Program-made: the position numbers and the translations under genes
In this document: positions 1-9,763 of the stretch, piece after piece
Layout of the letters: each line of letters opens with the position of its first letter
Position numbering within the stretch: the stretch's first letter is position 1
Notes under the pieces: model-generated
Database searches by the model: none
What the model saw: the letters and a program-made list of their open reading frames with translations, nothing else
Told to the model about the DNA's origin: nothing
Source: an uncultured Propylenella sp.
GTDB taxonomy: Bacteria > Pseudomonadota > Alphaproteobacteria > Rhizobiales > Afifellaceae
Assembly (NCBI GenBank): GCA_964440525.1
Contig: CAYTTC010000005.1
Location: 22,594-86,593, forward strand
Direction: 5' to 3'
DNA length: 64,000 nucleotides

Positions 1-39
1 ATCGTGGCGCTGAGCCTGGCCGAAATCCTCGCGGCATGA
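1..39 (+). CDS. 3' end of an unidentified upstream CDS (truncated by window)
   Basis: Open frame from nt 1 to TGA at 37-39 (..IVALSLAEILAA*). The stop overlaps the puuE ATG (ATGA). Too short to identify. Confidence 0.3.
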   Translation: MVALSLAEILAA

Positions 40-950
40 CCTATCCGCGCGACATGGTCGGCTACGGGCGCAACCCGCCCGATCCGAAATGGCCGGGCGG
101 GGCCCTCGTCACCGTGCAGTTCGTCATCAACTACGAGGAAGGCGGCGAGAACAACATCCTGCACGGCGACGCTGCCTCCGAGGCTTTTCTCTCGGAGATC
201 GTCGGCGCTCAGCCGTGGCCGGGCAAGCGCCACATGAACATGGAATCGATCTACGAATACGGATCGCGCGCCGGCTTCTGGCGGCTTTGGCGCGCCTTCA
301 CGGAGCGCGACATTCCCGTCACCGTCTACGCCGTCGCGACGGCGCTCGAGCGGAACAAGGAGGCGGTCGCCGCCATGCAGGAGGCGGAATGGGAGATCGC
401 CTCGCACGGCCTGAAATGGATCGACTACAAGGATTTTTCCAAGGACGACGAGCGCGAGCACATGCGCGAGGCGATCCGCATCCACACGGAGGTGACGGGC
501 GAGCGGCCGCTCGGCTGGTACACCGGGCGCACCTCGGTCCACTCGCTCGAGCTTGCGATGGAGGACGGCGGCTTTCTCTACACGTCCGACGTTTACGCCG
601 ACGACCTCCCCTATTGGCTCGCCGGGCCGAAGGGGCTGTTTCTTGCCATCCCCTACACGCTCGACGCGAACGACATGCGCTTCGCCACGCCGCAGGGATT
701 CAATTCCGGCGATCAGTTTTTCAGTTATCTCAAGGACAGTTTCGACACGCTCTATGCCGAGGGCGAAGCTGGTGCGCCCAAGATGATGTCGGTCGGGCTC
801 CATTGCCGCCTTGCCGGCCGCCCCGGCCGCGCCGCCGCACTCCTGCGCTTCCTCGACTACGTGAAGAGCAAGGAGCGAGTCTGGCTGCCGCGCCGCATGG
901 ACATCGCCCGCCACTGGATCATGCACCACTGGCCTGAACGGCGGGGCTGA
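36..950 (+). CDS. puuE: Allantoinase, PuuE type (polysaccharide-deacetylase fold)
   Basis: 304-aa ORF, collinear with remembered PuuE motifs: YPRDMVGYG.NPP, NYEEGGE, HGD..SEAFLSE, YEYGSRAG.WR, PLGWYTGR, IPYTLD.NDMRF, GLHCRL.GRP. Lies next to urate-degradation genes. Confidence 0.88.
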   Translation: MTYPRDMVGYGRNPPDPKWPGGALVTVQFVINYEEGGENNILHGDAASEAFLSEIVGAQPWPGKRHMNMESIYEYGSRAGFWRLWRAFTERDIPVTVYAVATALERNKEAVAAMQEAEWEIASHGLKWIDYKDFSKDDEREHMREAIRIHTEVTGERPLGWYTGRTSVHSLELAMEDGGFLYTSDVYADDLPYWLAGPKGLFLAIPYTLDANDMRFATPQGFNSGDQFFSYLKDSFDTLYAEGEAGAPKMMSVGLHCRLAGRPGRAAALLRFLDYVKSKERVWLPRRMDIARHWIMHHWPERRG

Positions 951-1041
951 TCGGAGCGGCTTGCTCCGGCTCCGGTTGACAGGCTTCGGTGGCGCAAGCA
1001 ATGTTTGACCCTCGAACAAACCTCCCCGCCTAGAGGGAGGA

Positions 1042-2532
1042 GTGACGCGGCCAGGGCAGGCGGAGCCGACTTCCATGTATCTCGGGATCGATATCGGCAC
1101 CTCATCGGTGAAGGTGGTGCTGATAGACGCGGATCAGCGGATCGTCGCGTCGCGCAGCGAGCCGCTCAGCGTCGAGCGCCCGCATCCGGGCTGGTCGGAG
1201 CAGGATCCGGAGAGCTGGGTCGCGGCGACGTCAGGCGTGATCGACGCGATCTGCCGCGACCAACCGGAAGCGCTGAAGCGCGTGCGAGGCATCGGCCTCT
1301 CCGGCCACATGCATGGGGCGACACTCATCGACAAAGCCGGCCGGCCGCTCCGTCCCTGCATTCTGTGGAACGACGGGCGTTCGGCGAAAGAGGCGGCGGA
1401 GCTCGACGCCGATCCGCGCTTCCGTGCGATCACCGGCAACATCGTCTTCCCCGGCTTCACGGCGCCGAAGCTCGTATGGGTGCATCGCCACGAGCCAAAA
1501 ATCTTCGGCAAGGTGGCGAAGGTTCTGCTGCCGAAGGACTATGTGCGGCTCTGGCTTACCGGCGACTATGCTTCCGACATGTCGGACTCCGCCGGCACAT
1601 CGTGGCTCGATGTCGCCAGGCGCGACTGGTCGGACGAGCTGCTCGTCGCGACGCATCTCGAACGCGATCAGATGCCGGAGCTGTTCGAGGGCACGGAGGC
1701 GACCGGAAAGCTCCGCGCCGTGCTTGCAACTCGCTGGGGCATGAAAGAGGCGCCGGTTGTCGCCGGCGGCGCCGGCGACAATGCGGCCTCAGCCTGCGGC
1801 GTCGGAACTGTCGCACCCGGCTCGGCCTTCGTCTCGCTCGGCACGTCGGGTGTGCTCTTCGTCTCCAACGAGAAATTCCGCCCGAACCCCGCGAGCGCGG
1901 TCCACGCTTTCTGTCATGCGCTCCCAAAGACCTGGCATCAGATGGGCGTGATCCTCTCCGCCGCCTCCTCGCTCGAATGGCTTGCCGGTGTGACCGGGTC
2001 GAGCGCCGGTGAGCTCGACCGGTTCGTGGAGGATACGCCGGCGGGCGAGGAGCCGCTTTTCTTCCTGCCTTATCTCTCCGGCGAGCGGACGCCGCACAAC
2101 GATGCGAGCGCGCGCGGCAGCTTTGTCGGCCTCTCGCACCAGACGGATCGTGCGGCACTTGCGCGCGCCGTCATGGAGGGCGTTGCATTCGCCTTCGCCG
2201 ATTCCATCGAAGCGCTTCGGGTTGCCGGCACCAAAGTCGAGCGGGCGACCGCAGTCGGCGGCGGCTCGCGCTCGCGCGCCTGGCTAAAAATCATCGCGAA
2301 CGTCTTGAACCTGCCGATCGACATCCCCGCGGAGGGAGATTTCGGCGCTGGGCTTGGCGCGGCGCGGCTCGGGCTCATCGCTGCCGAGGGCGCCGATCCG
2401 ATCGCCGTCTGCCGGCCGCCGGCGGTGCAGGAATCGATCATGCCCGAGCGCGGCGCAGCAGATGCCTATCGCGCCGCCTTCCAGCGCTATCGCGCGCTCT
2501 ATCCCGCCATCAAGGAGGCTCTCAAGTCATGA
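1042..2532 (+). CDS. xylB: Xylulokinase (FGGY family)
   Basis: 496-aa ORF with [17 protein letters not shown]-terminal kinase motif and GGGSRS near the C-terminus. ATGA overlap with xylA. GTG at 1042 or ATG at 1075 (MYLGIDIG) may be the true start. Confidence 0.88.
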   Translation: MTRPGQAEPTSMYLGIDIGTSSVKVVLIDADQRIVASRSEPLSVERPHPGWSEQDPESWVAATSGVIDAICRDQPEALKRVRGIGLSGHMHGATLIDKAGRPLRPCILWNDGRSAKEAAELDADPRFRAITGNIVFPGFTAPKLVWVHRHEPKIFGKVAKVLLPKDYVRLWLTGDYASDMSDSAGTSWLDVARRDWSDELLVATHLERDQMPELFEGTEATGKLRAVLATRWGMKEAPVVAGGAGDNAASACGVGTVAPGSAFVSLGTSGVLFVSNEKFRPNPASAVHAFCHALPKTWHQMGVILSAASSLEWLAGVTGSSAGELDRFVEDTPAGEEPLFFLPYLSGERTPHNDASARGSFVGLSHQTDRAALARAVMEGVAFAFADSIEALRVAGTKVERATAVGGGSRSRAWLKIIANVLNLPIDIPAEGDFGAGLGAARLGLIAAEGADPIAVCRPPAVQESIMPERGAADAYRAAFQRYRALYPAIKEALKS

Positions 2533-3839
2533 GCACCGGCTTTTTCGGCAACCAGAAGCCTGTCCGCTACGAGGGACCGGAAAGCCGCAACCCCCTCGCC
2601 TTCCGCGTCTACGACCCCGACCGGATCGTGCTCGGCAAGCGGATGGAGGACCACTTTCGCTTCGCCGTCTGCTACTGGCACAGTTTTGCTTGGCCGGGTA
2701 CCGATCCGTTCGGCGGTCCGACACTCCTTAGGCCCTGGTTCGGTGAGGGCATGGAGAAAGCGCGGCTCAAGGCCGATGTCGCCTTCGAGATGTTCGAGCT
2801 GCTCGGCGTCCCCTTCTTCAGCTTTCACGACCGCGACATCGCGCCGGAAGGAGCGTCGCTCGCGGAATCGAACCGCAATGTGCGCGAGATCGCCGATATC
2901 TTCGCGAAGAAGATGGAGACCGCGAAGGTCAAGCTTCTCTGGGGAACCGCCAACCTCTTCTCCAACCGCCGCTTCATGGCGGGCGCCGCGACCAATCCCG
3001 ATCCCGAGGTCTTTGCCTATGCCGCCGCGCAGGTGAAGAACGCGCTCGACGTCACCCATGAGCTAGGCGGCGCGAACTACGTGCTCTGGGGCGGACGCGA
3101 GGGCTACGAGACGCTTCTCAACACCGACATGAAACGCGAGCTCGCGCAGCTCGGCCGCTTCCTGACCATGGTGGTCGAGCACAAGGAAAAGATCGGCTTC
3201 AAGGGCACAATCCTGATCGAGCCGAAGCCGAAGGAGCCCACAAAGCACCAGTACGATTTCGACGTCGGCACGATTTTCGGGATGCTGAAGGCCTACGACC
3301 TCGAGAAAAAGGTGAAGATCAATATCGAGCAGAACCACGCGATCCTGGCCGGTCACTCGTTCCAGCACGAGATCCAGCTCGCCGCGGCGCTCGGCATTTT
3401 CGGCTCGCTCGACCTGAACCGCGGCGACGATCTCCTGGGTTGGGACACCGACCAGTTCGCCATGAGCGGGCCGGAACTGACGCTGATGATGGTGGAAGTG
3501 CTGCGCGCCGGTGGCTTCACGACCGGCGGCATGAATTTCGACGCAAAGATCCGCCGCCAGTCGATCGAGCCTGACGACCTGCTCCACGCGCATGTCGGCT
3601 CGATGGATGCGACCGCGAAGGCGCTACTGAACGCCGAGGCGATCATGAAGGACGGCGCGCTGCAGAAATTCGTCGACGACCGCTATTCGGGCTGGAACGG
3701 CGCGCTCGGCAAGGACATGCTTTCGGGCAAGAAGAGCCTCGACGACCTCGCCACCTACGTGGCGGAGAAGAAGCTCGACCCGCAGCCGAAGAGCGGAAGG
3801 CAGGAGTATTTGGAAAACCTGGTCAATCGGTTTGGGTGA
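2529..3839 (+). CDS. xylA: Xylose isomerase
   Basis: 436-aa ORF with [17 protein letters not shown] and [16 protein letters not shown] motifs. The size is typical of class II XylA. Confidence 0.95.
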   Translation: MSTGFFGNQKPVRYEGPESRNPLAFRVYDPDRIVLGKRMEDHFRFAVCYWHSFAWPGTDPFGGPTLLRPWFGEGMEKARLKADVAFEMFELLGVPFFSFHDRDIAPEGASLAESNRNVREIADIFAKKMETAKVKLLWGTANLFSNRRFMAGAATNPDPEVFAYAAAQVKNALDVTHELGGANYVLWGGREGYETLLNTDMKRELAQLGRFLTMVVEHKEKIGFKGTILIEPKPKEPTKHQYDFDVGTIFGMLKAYDLEKKVKINIEQNHAILAGHSFQHEIQLAAALGIFGSLDLNRGDDLLGWDTDQFAMSGPELTLMMVEVLRAGGFTTGGMNFDAKIRRQSIEPDDLLHAHVGSMDATAKALLNAEAIMKDGALQKFVDDRYSGWNGALGKDMLSGKKSLDDLATYVAEKKLDPQPKSGRQEYLENLVNRFG

Positions 3840-3865
3840 GCACAGTCGCGAGTGTAATGCAATGC

Positions 3866-3894
3866 TTGACACCCGTCGCGCGCTCCTTTACACG
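3866..3894 (+). promoter_or_regulatory. Candidate sigma70-like promoter for higBA
   Basis: TTGACA (3866-3871), 17-nt spacer, TACACG (3889-3894), ending about 6 nt before the higB ATG at 3900. This implies a near-leaderless mRNA. The -10 is weak. Confidence 0.25.
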
Positions 3895-3899
3895 CTTCG

Positions 3900-4178
3900 A
3901 TGATTAGGAGCTTCCGGAACCGTGCTCTCCGACAACTTTGGGAAACCGGGTCCGCAAGCAGGATCGACAGGCGTATGCACGCCAGGCTCCTACGTCGGCT
4001 GGATGTCATTGATCGGGCAACCGTTCGCGAGGACCTGAATGTCCCCGGGTTCGACTTCCATCCGCTTCGTGGGTTCGGCCCGGTTCGCTACTCCATCCAC
4101 GTGAACGGCCCCTGGTGCATCACGTTCGAATTCGAGGATGGCGATGCAAGTGGTGTGGATTTCGAGCAGTACCATTGA
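3900..4178 (+). CDS. higB: HigB-type toxin (RelE/ParE superfamily, plasmid-maintenance killer protein)
   Basis: 92-aa ORF with killer-protein pattern (..PGFDFHPLRG...YSIHVNGPWCITFEFEDGDASGVDFEQYH). The toxin-first order with a downstream HTH antitoxin is typical of higBA. Confidence 0.8.
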   Translation: MIRSFRNRALRQLWETGSASRIDRRMHARLLRRLDVIDRATVREDLNVPGFDFHPLRGFGPVRYSIHVNGPWCITFEFEDGDASGVDFEQYH

Positions 4179-4228
4179 TGCAGCGGCACTCCAGGCGTCG
4201 GACTTTCCCTGCAAAACGGAGACGATAG

Positions 4229-4549
4229 ATGCAGCGAGCGTATGAGGCACATCGGCCCTCGCGTCCGCCTACGCATCCCGGGGCGGTGCTCCGCGAGGAC
4301 GTTCTGCCGGCCCTTCGCATGAGCGTCACCGACGTTGCGGCGCATCTGCGGGTCAGTCGCCAAACGCTCCACCGGATTCTCGCGGAAAAAGCAGCCATCA
4401 CGCCCGAAATGGCGGTCCGGCTGGGAAAATTCTGCGGGAACGGACCGGGTCTTTGGCTCCGGATGCAGCAGGCTCACGATCTATGGCACGCCGAGCGGAC
4501 GCTGAAGGACGAGGTCAAGGCCATCCCCACGGCGCAGGAGGCGGCGTAG
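4229..4549 (+). CDS. higA: HigA-type antitoxin (XRE-family HTH)
   Basis: 106-aa ORF; HPGAVLREDVL...SVTDVAAHLRVSRQTLHRILAEKAAITPEMAVRLGKFCGNGPGLWLRMQ matches the HigA/VapI HTH pattern. Confidence 0.8.
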   Translation: MQRAYEAHRPSRPPTHPGAVLREDVLPALRMSVTDVAAHLRVSRQTLHRILAEKAAITPEMAVRLGKFCGNGPGLWLRMQQAHDLWHAERTLKDEVKAIPTAQEAA

Positions 4550-4554
4550 AAAAC

Positions 4555-5748
4555 CTACCTTGCCTTCGCGCCCTGCTCGATCCAGGCGCCAAGCCTCGCG
4601 CGCTCTTCCCTCGTCATACCCGTGGTATTGCCGAGCGGCATAATGTCAGACAGCACGGTCTGCTGCTCGATCTTACTCGCGTAGAGTCGGATCTCTTCCA
4701 GCGTATCGAGCGCTACGCCCTTCGGCGCCGCAGGATAATCCTTGTTCGCCGGCGTCGCGGAGTGGCACTGGATGCAATGCTTTTCGATGATCGGATGGAT
4801 GTCGGCGAAGGAAGCGCCGCCCGTAATGGGCGCCGCACCGGGGCGATAGGCGGTGATCATGATCAGCACAATCACCACCGCGACCGCGGCAGGGATCGAA
4901 GCGAGCGCAACGGTGGTCAGGATCCCGTGATTGGTGACGTTGAAGAAATGGCGGATCAGGCCACCGACGACCACGATTCCGAGCGCGATCAGCGGGCTCC
5001 AGGGATGCCCGAACATGATCGGATAATGGTTGGAGATCATCATGAAGATGACGGGCAGCGTCAGATAATTGTTGTGGAGCGAGCGCTCCGCCGCCTCTTT
5101 TCCGAGCGCGGGATCTGGCTTCCGCCCAGCAATCAGGTCGGCCACCACGATCTTCTGGTTTGGAATGATGACGAAGAACACGCTTGCGGCCATGATCGTG
5201 CCGATCAGCGAGCCGACGTGCAGGAACGCCGCGCGGTCGGAAAAGACGCCGTGGTAGAAGAAGGTAAAGGCCGCGATCTCGATGAAGAGCGCGACGGCGA
5301 GCGGCCCGCGTTTCTGACCGAGCGGCGACTTGCACAGGCCATCGTAGATGAACCAACCGGCGGCCAGCGATCCAGCCGAGAGGACGATTGCCCAGGCTGG
5401 GTCGAGCGGGATTTTTTCTTTGTCGATCAGAAAAGCGTCGGCGCCGAAATAGTAGATAACGGCAAGCAGCAGGAAGCCGGTGATCCAGGTGAAATAGGCT
5501 TCGTATTTGAACCAGTGCAGCTCGTCGGGCATTCGGTCGGGCGCGACCGCGTATTTCTCGGCGAGATAGAAGCCGCCGCCATGCACCATCCAGGTCTCGC
5601 CGGCGATGCCCGGGTCCTGGCCGTCGCGCTTCTTCAGGCTCGCCTCCAGCCAGATGAAGAAAAACGACGTGCCGATCCAGGCGATGCCGGTCATGACATG
5701 CGCCCAGCGCAGCACCGCGTTCAGCCATTCGAGGATCGCCGCGCTCAT
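4555..5748 (-). CDS. puuD: Membrane urate hydroxylase PuuD (polytopic domain plus C-terminal cytochrome c)
   Basis: Multi-TM ORF with a C-terminal CIQCH haem-c motif, in the urate catabolic cluster. ATG at 5748 is preferred; the GTG at 5787 would overlap guaD by 34 nt. Confidence 0.78.
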   Translation of the reverse strand: MSAAILEWLNAVLRWAHVMTGIAWIGTSFFFIWLEASLKKRDGQDPGIAGETWMVHGGGFYLAEKYAVAPDRMPDELHWFKYEAYFTWITGFLLLAVIYYFGADAFLIDKEKIPLDPAWAIVLSAGSLAAGWFIYDGLCKSPLGQKRGPLAVALFIEIAAFTFFYHGVFSDRAAFLHVGSLIGTIMAASVFFVIIPNQKIVVADLIAGRKPDPALGKEAAERSLHNNYLTLPVIFMMISNHYPIMFGHPWSPLIALGIVVVGGLIRHFFNVTNHGILTTVALASIPAAVAVVIVLIMITAYRPGAAPITGGASFADIHPIIEKHCIQCHSATPANKDYPAAPKGVALDTLEEIRLYASKIEQQTVLSDIMPLGNTTGMTREERARLGAWIEQGAKAR

Positions 5749-5753
5749 CGAGG

Positions 5754-6233
5754 TCAGTACTGAACCTTGTCGGGCTTTTTCTGCCACTCGGCGAAGACGG
5801 CCTCAGCCTCCGGCAATTCGAGCTTCACCGTCGGGATGGTGCGGGCGTCGATCGGCTTCGATACCTCGTCGTAGATGAGCGCATCGTCGAAGCCGATCGC
5901 AGCGGCGTCCTCACGGGAGTTGGCGAAGAAGATGCGGTCGATCCGCGCCCAATAGATGGCGGCGAGGCACATCGGGCATGGCTCGCAGCTCGTGTAGATG
6001 TCGCAGCCGACAAGCGAGAACGATCCGAGCGTTGCACAGCCGCCGCGGATCGCCGTCACCTCGGCGTGCGCCGTCGGATCGTTCGTCGAGGTGACCTTAT
6101 TCCAGCCTTCGGCGATCACCTTGCCGTCCTTGACGATGATGGCGCCGAATGGCCCGCCGGCTCCTTCCCGCATGCGCTCCGCCGAGAGTTTTACGGCGCG
6201 GCGCATGAATTCGCGATGCGGCTCAGCGTCCAT
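5754..6233 (-). CDS. guaD: Guanine deaminase (CDA-fold nucleoside/guanine deaminase)
   Basis: 159-aa ORF with zinc motifs HAE (..PTAHAEVTAIR) and PCPMC. Lies between xdhC and puuD. Substrate is assigned from context only. Confidence 0.7.
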   Translation of the reverse strand: MDAEPHREFMRRAVKLSAERMREGAGGPFGAIIVKDGKVIAEGWNKVTSTNDPTAHAEVTAIRGGCATLGSFSLVGCDIYTSCEPCPMCLAAIYWARIDRIFFANSREDAAAIGFDDALIYDEVSKPIDARTIPTVKLELPEAEAVFAEWQKKPDKVQY

Positions 6234-7212
6234 GCAGCACCGAGGCGGTGGCGCGTAACAGGTTCCGCTCGCGGCGCATCAACAGGTCGGCGGCAAAGGA
6301 AGCGGCGATCGCGGTGGGCTCCTTGCTCTCGATGTCGGGGAGGCCGATCGGGCAAGTCAGGCGCGCGAGCTGCTCGCGCGAAATGCCGGCCTCGCCGAGC
6401 CGCTTGACGAAGCGGGCGCGTTTCGTAGGAGACCCTATCAGGCCGAGATAGGCGAAGTCGTCGCGCCGCAGCACCGCCTCGCAGACAGCTTCGTCGAGCG
6501 GATGGCTGTGCGTCATCACGAGAAAGATCGTATCCGGCGGCGCTTCGTCGACCACAAGCTCGGGCATGGCAAGCGCAAGGCATTTCACGCCGGCAGGCGC
6601 CGGCTCGGGAAACTGCCCGGCGCGTCCGTCGATCCACGTAAAGGCGAAACCGAGAGGCGCCACCGCATACGCAATTGCGCGCCCGACATGGCCGGCACCG
6701 AAGAGCCAGAACGCCTGGGCCGGTGGATTGACGCGCTCGCGAACGATCGCCCGACTGCCCGCGAGGGTCGCGACGAACGCGGCTTCCTTTTGCCCGCCGC
6801 CGGCGCTCCAATCGCGACGAAAACCTCCCGCGTCGTCGAGCCGGACCGTCCGGAAAATCGGCGTCGGCTCCTCGGCGGCTCGCATCAGCTTCTTGAGCCA
6901 GGCGAGATCGGCCGGCGCGAAGGGCTCGAAGGCAAGCATCACCGACCCGCCGCAGCATTGGTTGAGCTCGGGCCCGAGCGCCAGGCGAAGGAGCCCTGCC
7001 CCGCCAGACTGCAGAAGCTCGCGCGCCTTCCGCATCGCGGTATGTTCAAGCTCGCCCCCGCCGATCGTGCCCGCAATCGTGCCTTCGGTGACGAGCATCT
7101 GCGCCCCGACCTCGCGCGGGCCTGAGCCCCTCAGCTCCACGACGTGCACGAGCGTCGCGGCATCGCCGCGTTCAAGCGCCTCCGCGAGGGCTGCGAGCCA
7201 GAACCGCATCAA
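6223..7212 (-). CDS. xdhC: Xanthine dehydrogenase accessory/maturation protein XdhC
   Basis: 329-aa ORF with XdhC/CoxI layout: N-terminal domain (LVHVVELRGSGPREVGAQMLV) and Rossmann-like LFGAGHVGRA. Downstream of xdhAB. Confidence 0.8.
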   Translation of the reverse strand: MMRFWLAALAEALERGDAATLVHVVELRGSGPREVGAQMLVTEGTIAGTIGGGELEHTAMRKARELLQSGGAGLLRLALGPELNQCCGGSVMLAFEPFAPADLAWLKKLMRAAEEPTPIFRTVRLDDAGGFRRDWSAGGGQKEAAFVATLAGSRAIVRERVNPPAQAFWLFGAGHVGRAIAYAVAPLGFAFTWIDGRAGQFPEPAPAGVKCLALAMPELVVDEAPPDTIFLVMTHSHPLDEAVCEAVLRRDDFAYLGLIGSPTKRARFVKRLGEAGISREQLARLTCPIGLPDIESKEPTAIAASFAADLLMRRERNLLRATASVLHGR

Positions 7213-7226
7213 CCGCTGCTCCCAAT

Positions 7227-7370
7227 GTTTGTCATCCCGGTTTGGCCGTCAGGCCAAGACCGGGACCCATGAACACAGGTCAAGAAACTAAAGCAGGGGC
7301 TCCACCTCATCCGGTCCTCTTCGGTGTTCGTGGGTCCCGGCCCTCGCTTCGGTCGGCCGGGATGACAAAC
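7227..7370. repeat. REP-like family A, head-to-head pair
   Basis: Unit GTTTGTCATCCCGG-N~20 (own hairpin)-CCGGGACCCAYGAACAC at 7227-7276 and inverted at 7324-7370. The same units recur at 29789-29940. Confidence 0.85.
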
Positions 7371-9763
7371 TTTGAGGTGGAGTCCGTCCCGCGGGCGCGC
7401 ACATCTTCGACCGCGAAGAGGATTCTTTCGGGGGTCGCCGGCGTGTCGAGATGCGGGAAGACGCGATGGTCGCCGGCCGCGGCGACGGCGTCGGTCAGCG
7501 CCGAGAAAGCGGAGAGCGCCAGCATCAGCGGCGGCTCGCCCACCGCCTTGGAGCGGTAGATGGTGGGCGAGCGGTTCACGCCCTTCTCCCAGATCGCGAT
7601 ACGCATGTCGTCGGGGCGGTCGTTGGCGGTCGGGATCTTGTAGGTGGAGGGGGCGTGCGTCATCAGCCGGCCCTTCTCGTCCCACCACAATTCCTCGGTG
7701 GTCAGCCAGCCGACCCCCTGGATGAAGCCGCCTTCGATCTGACCGAGATCGACGGCCGGATTGAGCGAGCGTCCGACGTCATGGAGGATGTCGGCTCGGC
7801 GCAGTCGGTTTTCGCCGGTCAGCGTGTCGATGACCACTTCACTCACCGCCGCGCCATAGGCGAAGTAGAAGAACGGTTTTCCGCGCGCTTTTTCGCGGTC
7901 GTAATGGATGTCGGGCGTCGCGTAGAACCCGGTCGAGGATAGCGAGACGCGCCCGAGATAGGCCTCCGCCACGAGATCGGAAAAGGCCATCTCCTCGTTT
8001 CCGACGCGCACGCGGTTCGGCAGGAAGACGATCTGCTCCTCGGGCACCTTGTATTTCCTGGCCGCAAACGCGACGAGCCGGCCCTTGATGGTCTCGGCCG
8101 CGGCCTTCGCCGCCATGCCGTTCATGTCGGAGCCGGAGGATGCGGCGGTCGCCGAGGTGTTCGGCACCTTGGCAGTGGTCGTCGCGGTGATCTTCACCCG
8201 GTCGAGGTCGATCTGGAATTCTTCCGCGACCACCTGCGCGACCTTGACGAAGAGCCCCTGTCCCATCTCCGTCCCGCCGTGGTTCAGGTGCACGGACCCG
8301 TCCTTGTAGACGTGCACCAGCGCGCCGGCCTGGTTCAGATGCGTCGTGGTGAAGGAAATGCCGAATTTCACCGGCGTCAGCGCGATGCCTTTCTTCAGGA
8401 TTGGGCTCTTGGCATTGAAGGCGCGGACGGCCTCGCGGCGCGCGCGATAGTCGGAAGAGACTTCGAGCTCGTCCACCATCTCGGCAATGACGCAATCGGT
8501 CACCTCCATGTGGTAGGGGGTGATGCCGCCGCCTTCGGCCGGATAGAAATTCGCGCTCCGCACATCGAGCGGGTCGCGGCCGAGCGTGAAGGCGATCTCG
8601 TCGATCGCCCGCTCGATCCCGAGCATCCCCTGTGGGCCGCCGAACCCGCGAAAGGCAGTGTTGGAGACGGTGTGCGTCTTCATCCGCCGGGAACGGATGA
8701 GGGCATTGTGAAGCTCGTAGGCATTGTCGGCGTGGAACATGGCGCGGTCGGCGATAGCCGCCGAAAGGTCCGCCGAATAGCCGCAACGCGCCGCATGGTC
8801 GAAGCGGACGCCCTGGATCACGCCTTCATCGTCAAATCCCACATCGTAATTGATGCGAAAATCGTGCCGCTTGCCTGTCATTTCCATGTCGTCGTCGCGG
8901 TCGAGCCGGAGCTTTGCCGGCCGCCCCGTCTTCCCCGCGACGAGCGCGGCGATCGCCGCGAAGAGCGCCGGTTGGCTCTCCTTGCCACCGAAGCCGCCGC
9001 CCATCCGCCGCACTTCCACCGTCACGGCATTGTCGGAGAGGCCGAGCACCTTTGCGACGGTGTGCTGCACTTCCGCCGGATGCTGCGTGGAGGAATGGAC
9101 GAGCATGTCGCCCGCCTCGCCCGGGATCGCATAAGCGACCTGGCCCTCGAGATAGAAATGGTCCTGCCCGCCGATGAAGATGCTGCCCTTGATGCGGCGC
9201 GGCGCGCGAGCGAGAGCGGCATCGACATCGCCGAGACGCATCTCGTGCACCGGCAGCAAATCGGCATCGGCCGCGAGCGCGTCGTCGACCGAGATCAGCG
9301 CCGGCAGATCCTCGTATTCGACCCTGGCGAGCTTTGCCGCCGCGCGCGCAGCCTCGACACTCTCCGCCGCCACGGCGAACAGCGACTGGCCAACATACTG
9401 AACCTCGTCCTCGGCGAAGACCGGATCGTCGTGCATGACCGGGCTCGCATCGTTCTCGCCGGGAATATCCTTCGCTGTCAGCACGCAGACGACGCCTGGC
9501 GCAGAGCGGACGGCGGAAACATCGACAGACACGAGCCGCGCATGCGCGCGCTCGCTCATCGCGACATAGATCTGCAGCGTGCCGGGAAGCTCCGGCACGT
9601 CGTCGACATAGACCGCCTCGCCGGAAACGTGCAGCGCTGCGCTGTCGTGAACAACGGGCCGAGCCACACCGCCGCGGATGTTTTCGTCGTGCCGCGGAGG
9701 CTCGTGCGGCACAGAGGTGATCGTGCCCGCGCCGCTCCGGTCCTGGATGAGGGTCTCATCCAT
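7307..9763 (-). CDS. xdhB: Xanthine dehydrogenase molybdopterin-binding large subunit
   Basis: 818-aa ORF with GGGFGGKE and aldehyde-oxidase/XDH hammerhead and MoCo domains. TGATG overlap with xdhA. The last ~22 codons run into repeat A2. Confidence 0.9.
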   Translation of the reverse strand: MDETLIQDRSGAGTITSVPHEPPRHDENIRGGVARPVVHDSAALHVSGEAVYVDDVPELPGTLQIYVAMSERAHARLVSVDVSAVRSAPGVVCVLTAKDIPGENDASPVMHDDPVFAEDEVQYVGQSLFAVAAESVEAARAAAKLARVEYEDLPALISVDDALAADADLLPVHEMRLGDVDAALARAPRRIKGSIFIGGQDHFYLEGQVAYAIPGEAGDMLVHSSTQHPAEVQHTVAKVLGLSDNAVTVEVRRMGGGFGGKESQPALFAAIAALVAGKTGRPAKLRLDRDDDMEMTGKRHDFRINYDVGFDDEGVIQGVRFDHAARCGYSADLSAAIADRAMFHADNAYELHNALIRSRRMKTHTVSNTAFRGFGGPQGMLGIERAIDEIAFTLGRDPLDVRSANFYPAEGGGITPYHMEVTDCVIAEMVDELEVSSDYRARREAVRAFNAKSPILKKGIALTPVKFGISFTTTHLNQAGALVHVYKDGSVHLNHGGTEMGQGLFVKVAQVVAEEFQIDLDRVKITATTTAKVPNTSATAASSGSDMNGMAAKAAAETIKGRLVAFAARKYKVPEEQIVFLPNRVRVGNEEMAFSDLVAEAYLGRVSLSSTGFYATPDIHYDREKARGKPFFYFAYGAAVSEVVIDTLTGENRLRRADILHDVGRSLNPAVDLGQIEGGFIQGVGWLTTEELWWDEKGRLMTHAPSTYKIPTANDRPDDMRIAIWEKGVNRSPTIYRSKAVGEPPLMLALSAFSALTDAVAAAGDHRVFPHLDTPATPERILFAVEDVRARGTDSTSKFVIPADRSEGRDPRTPKRTG

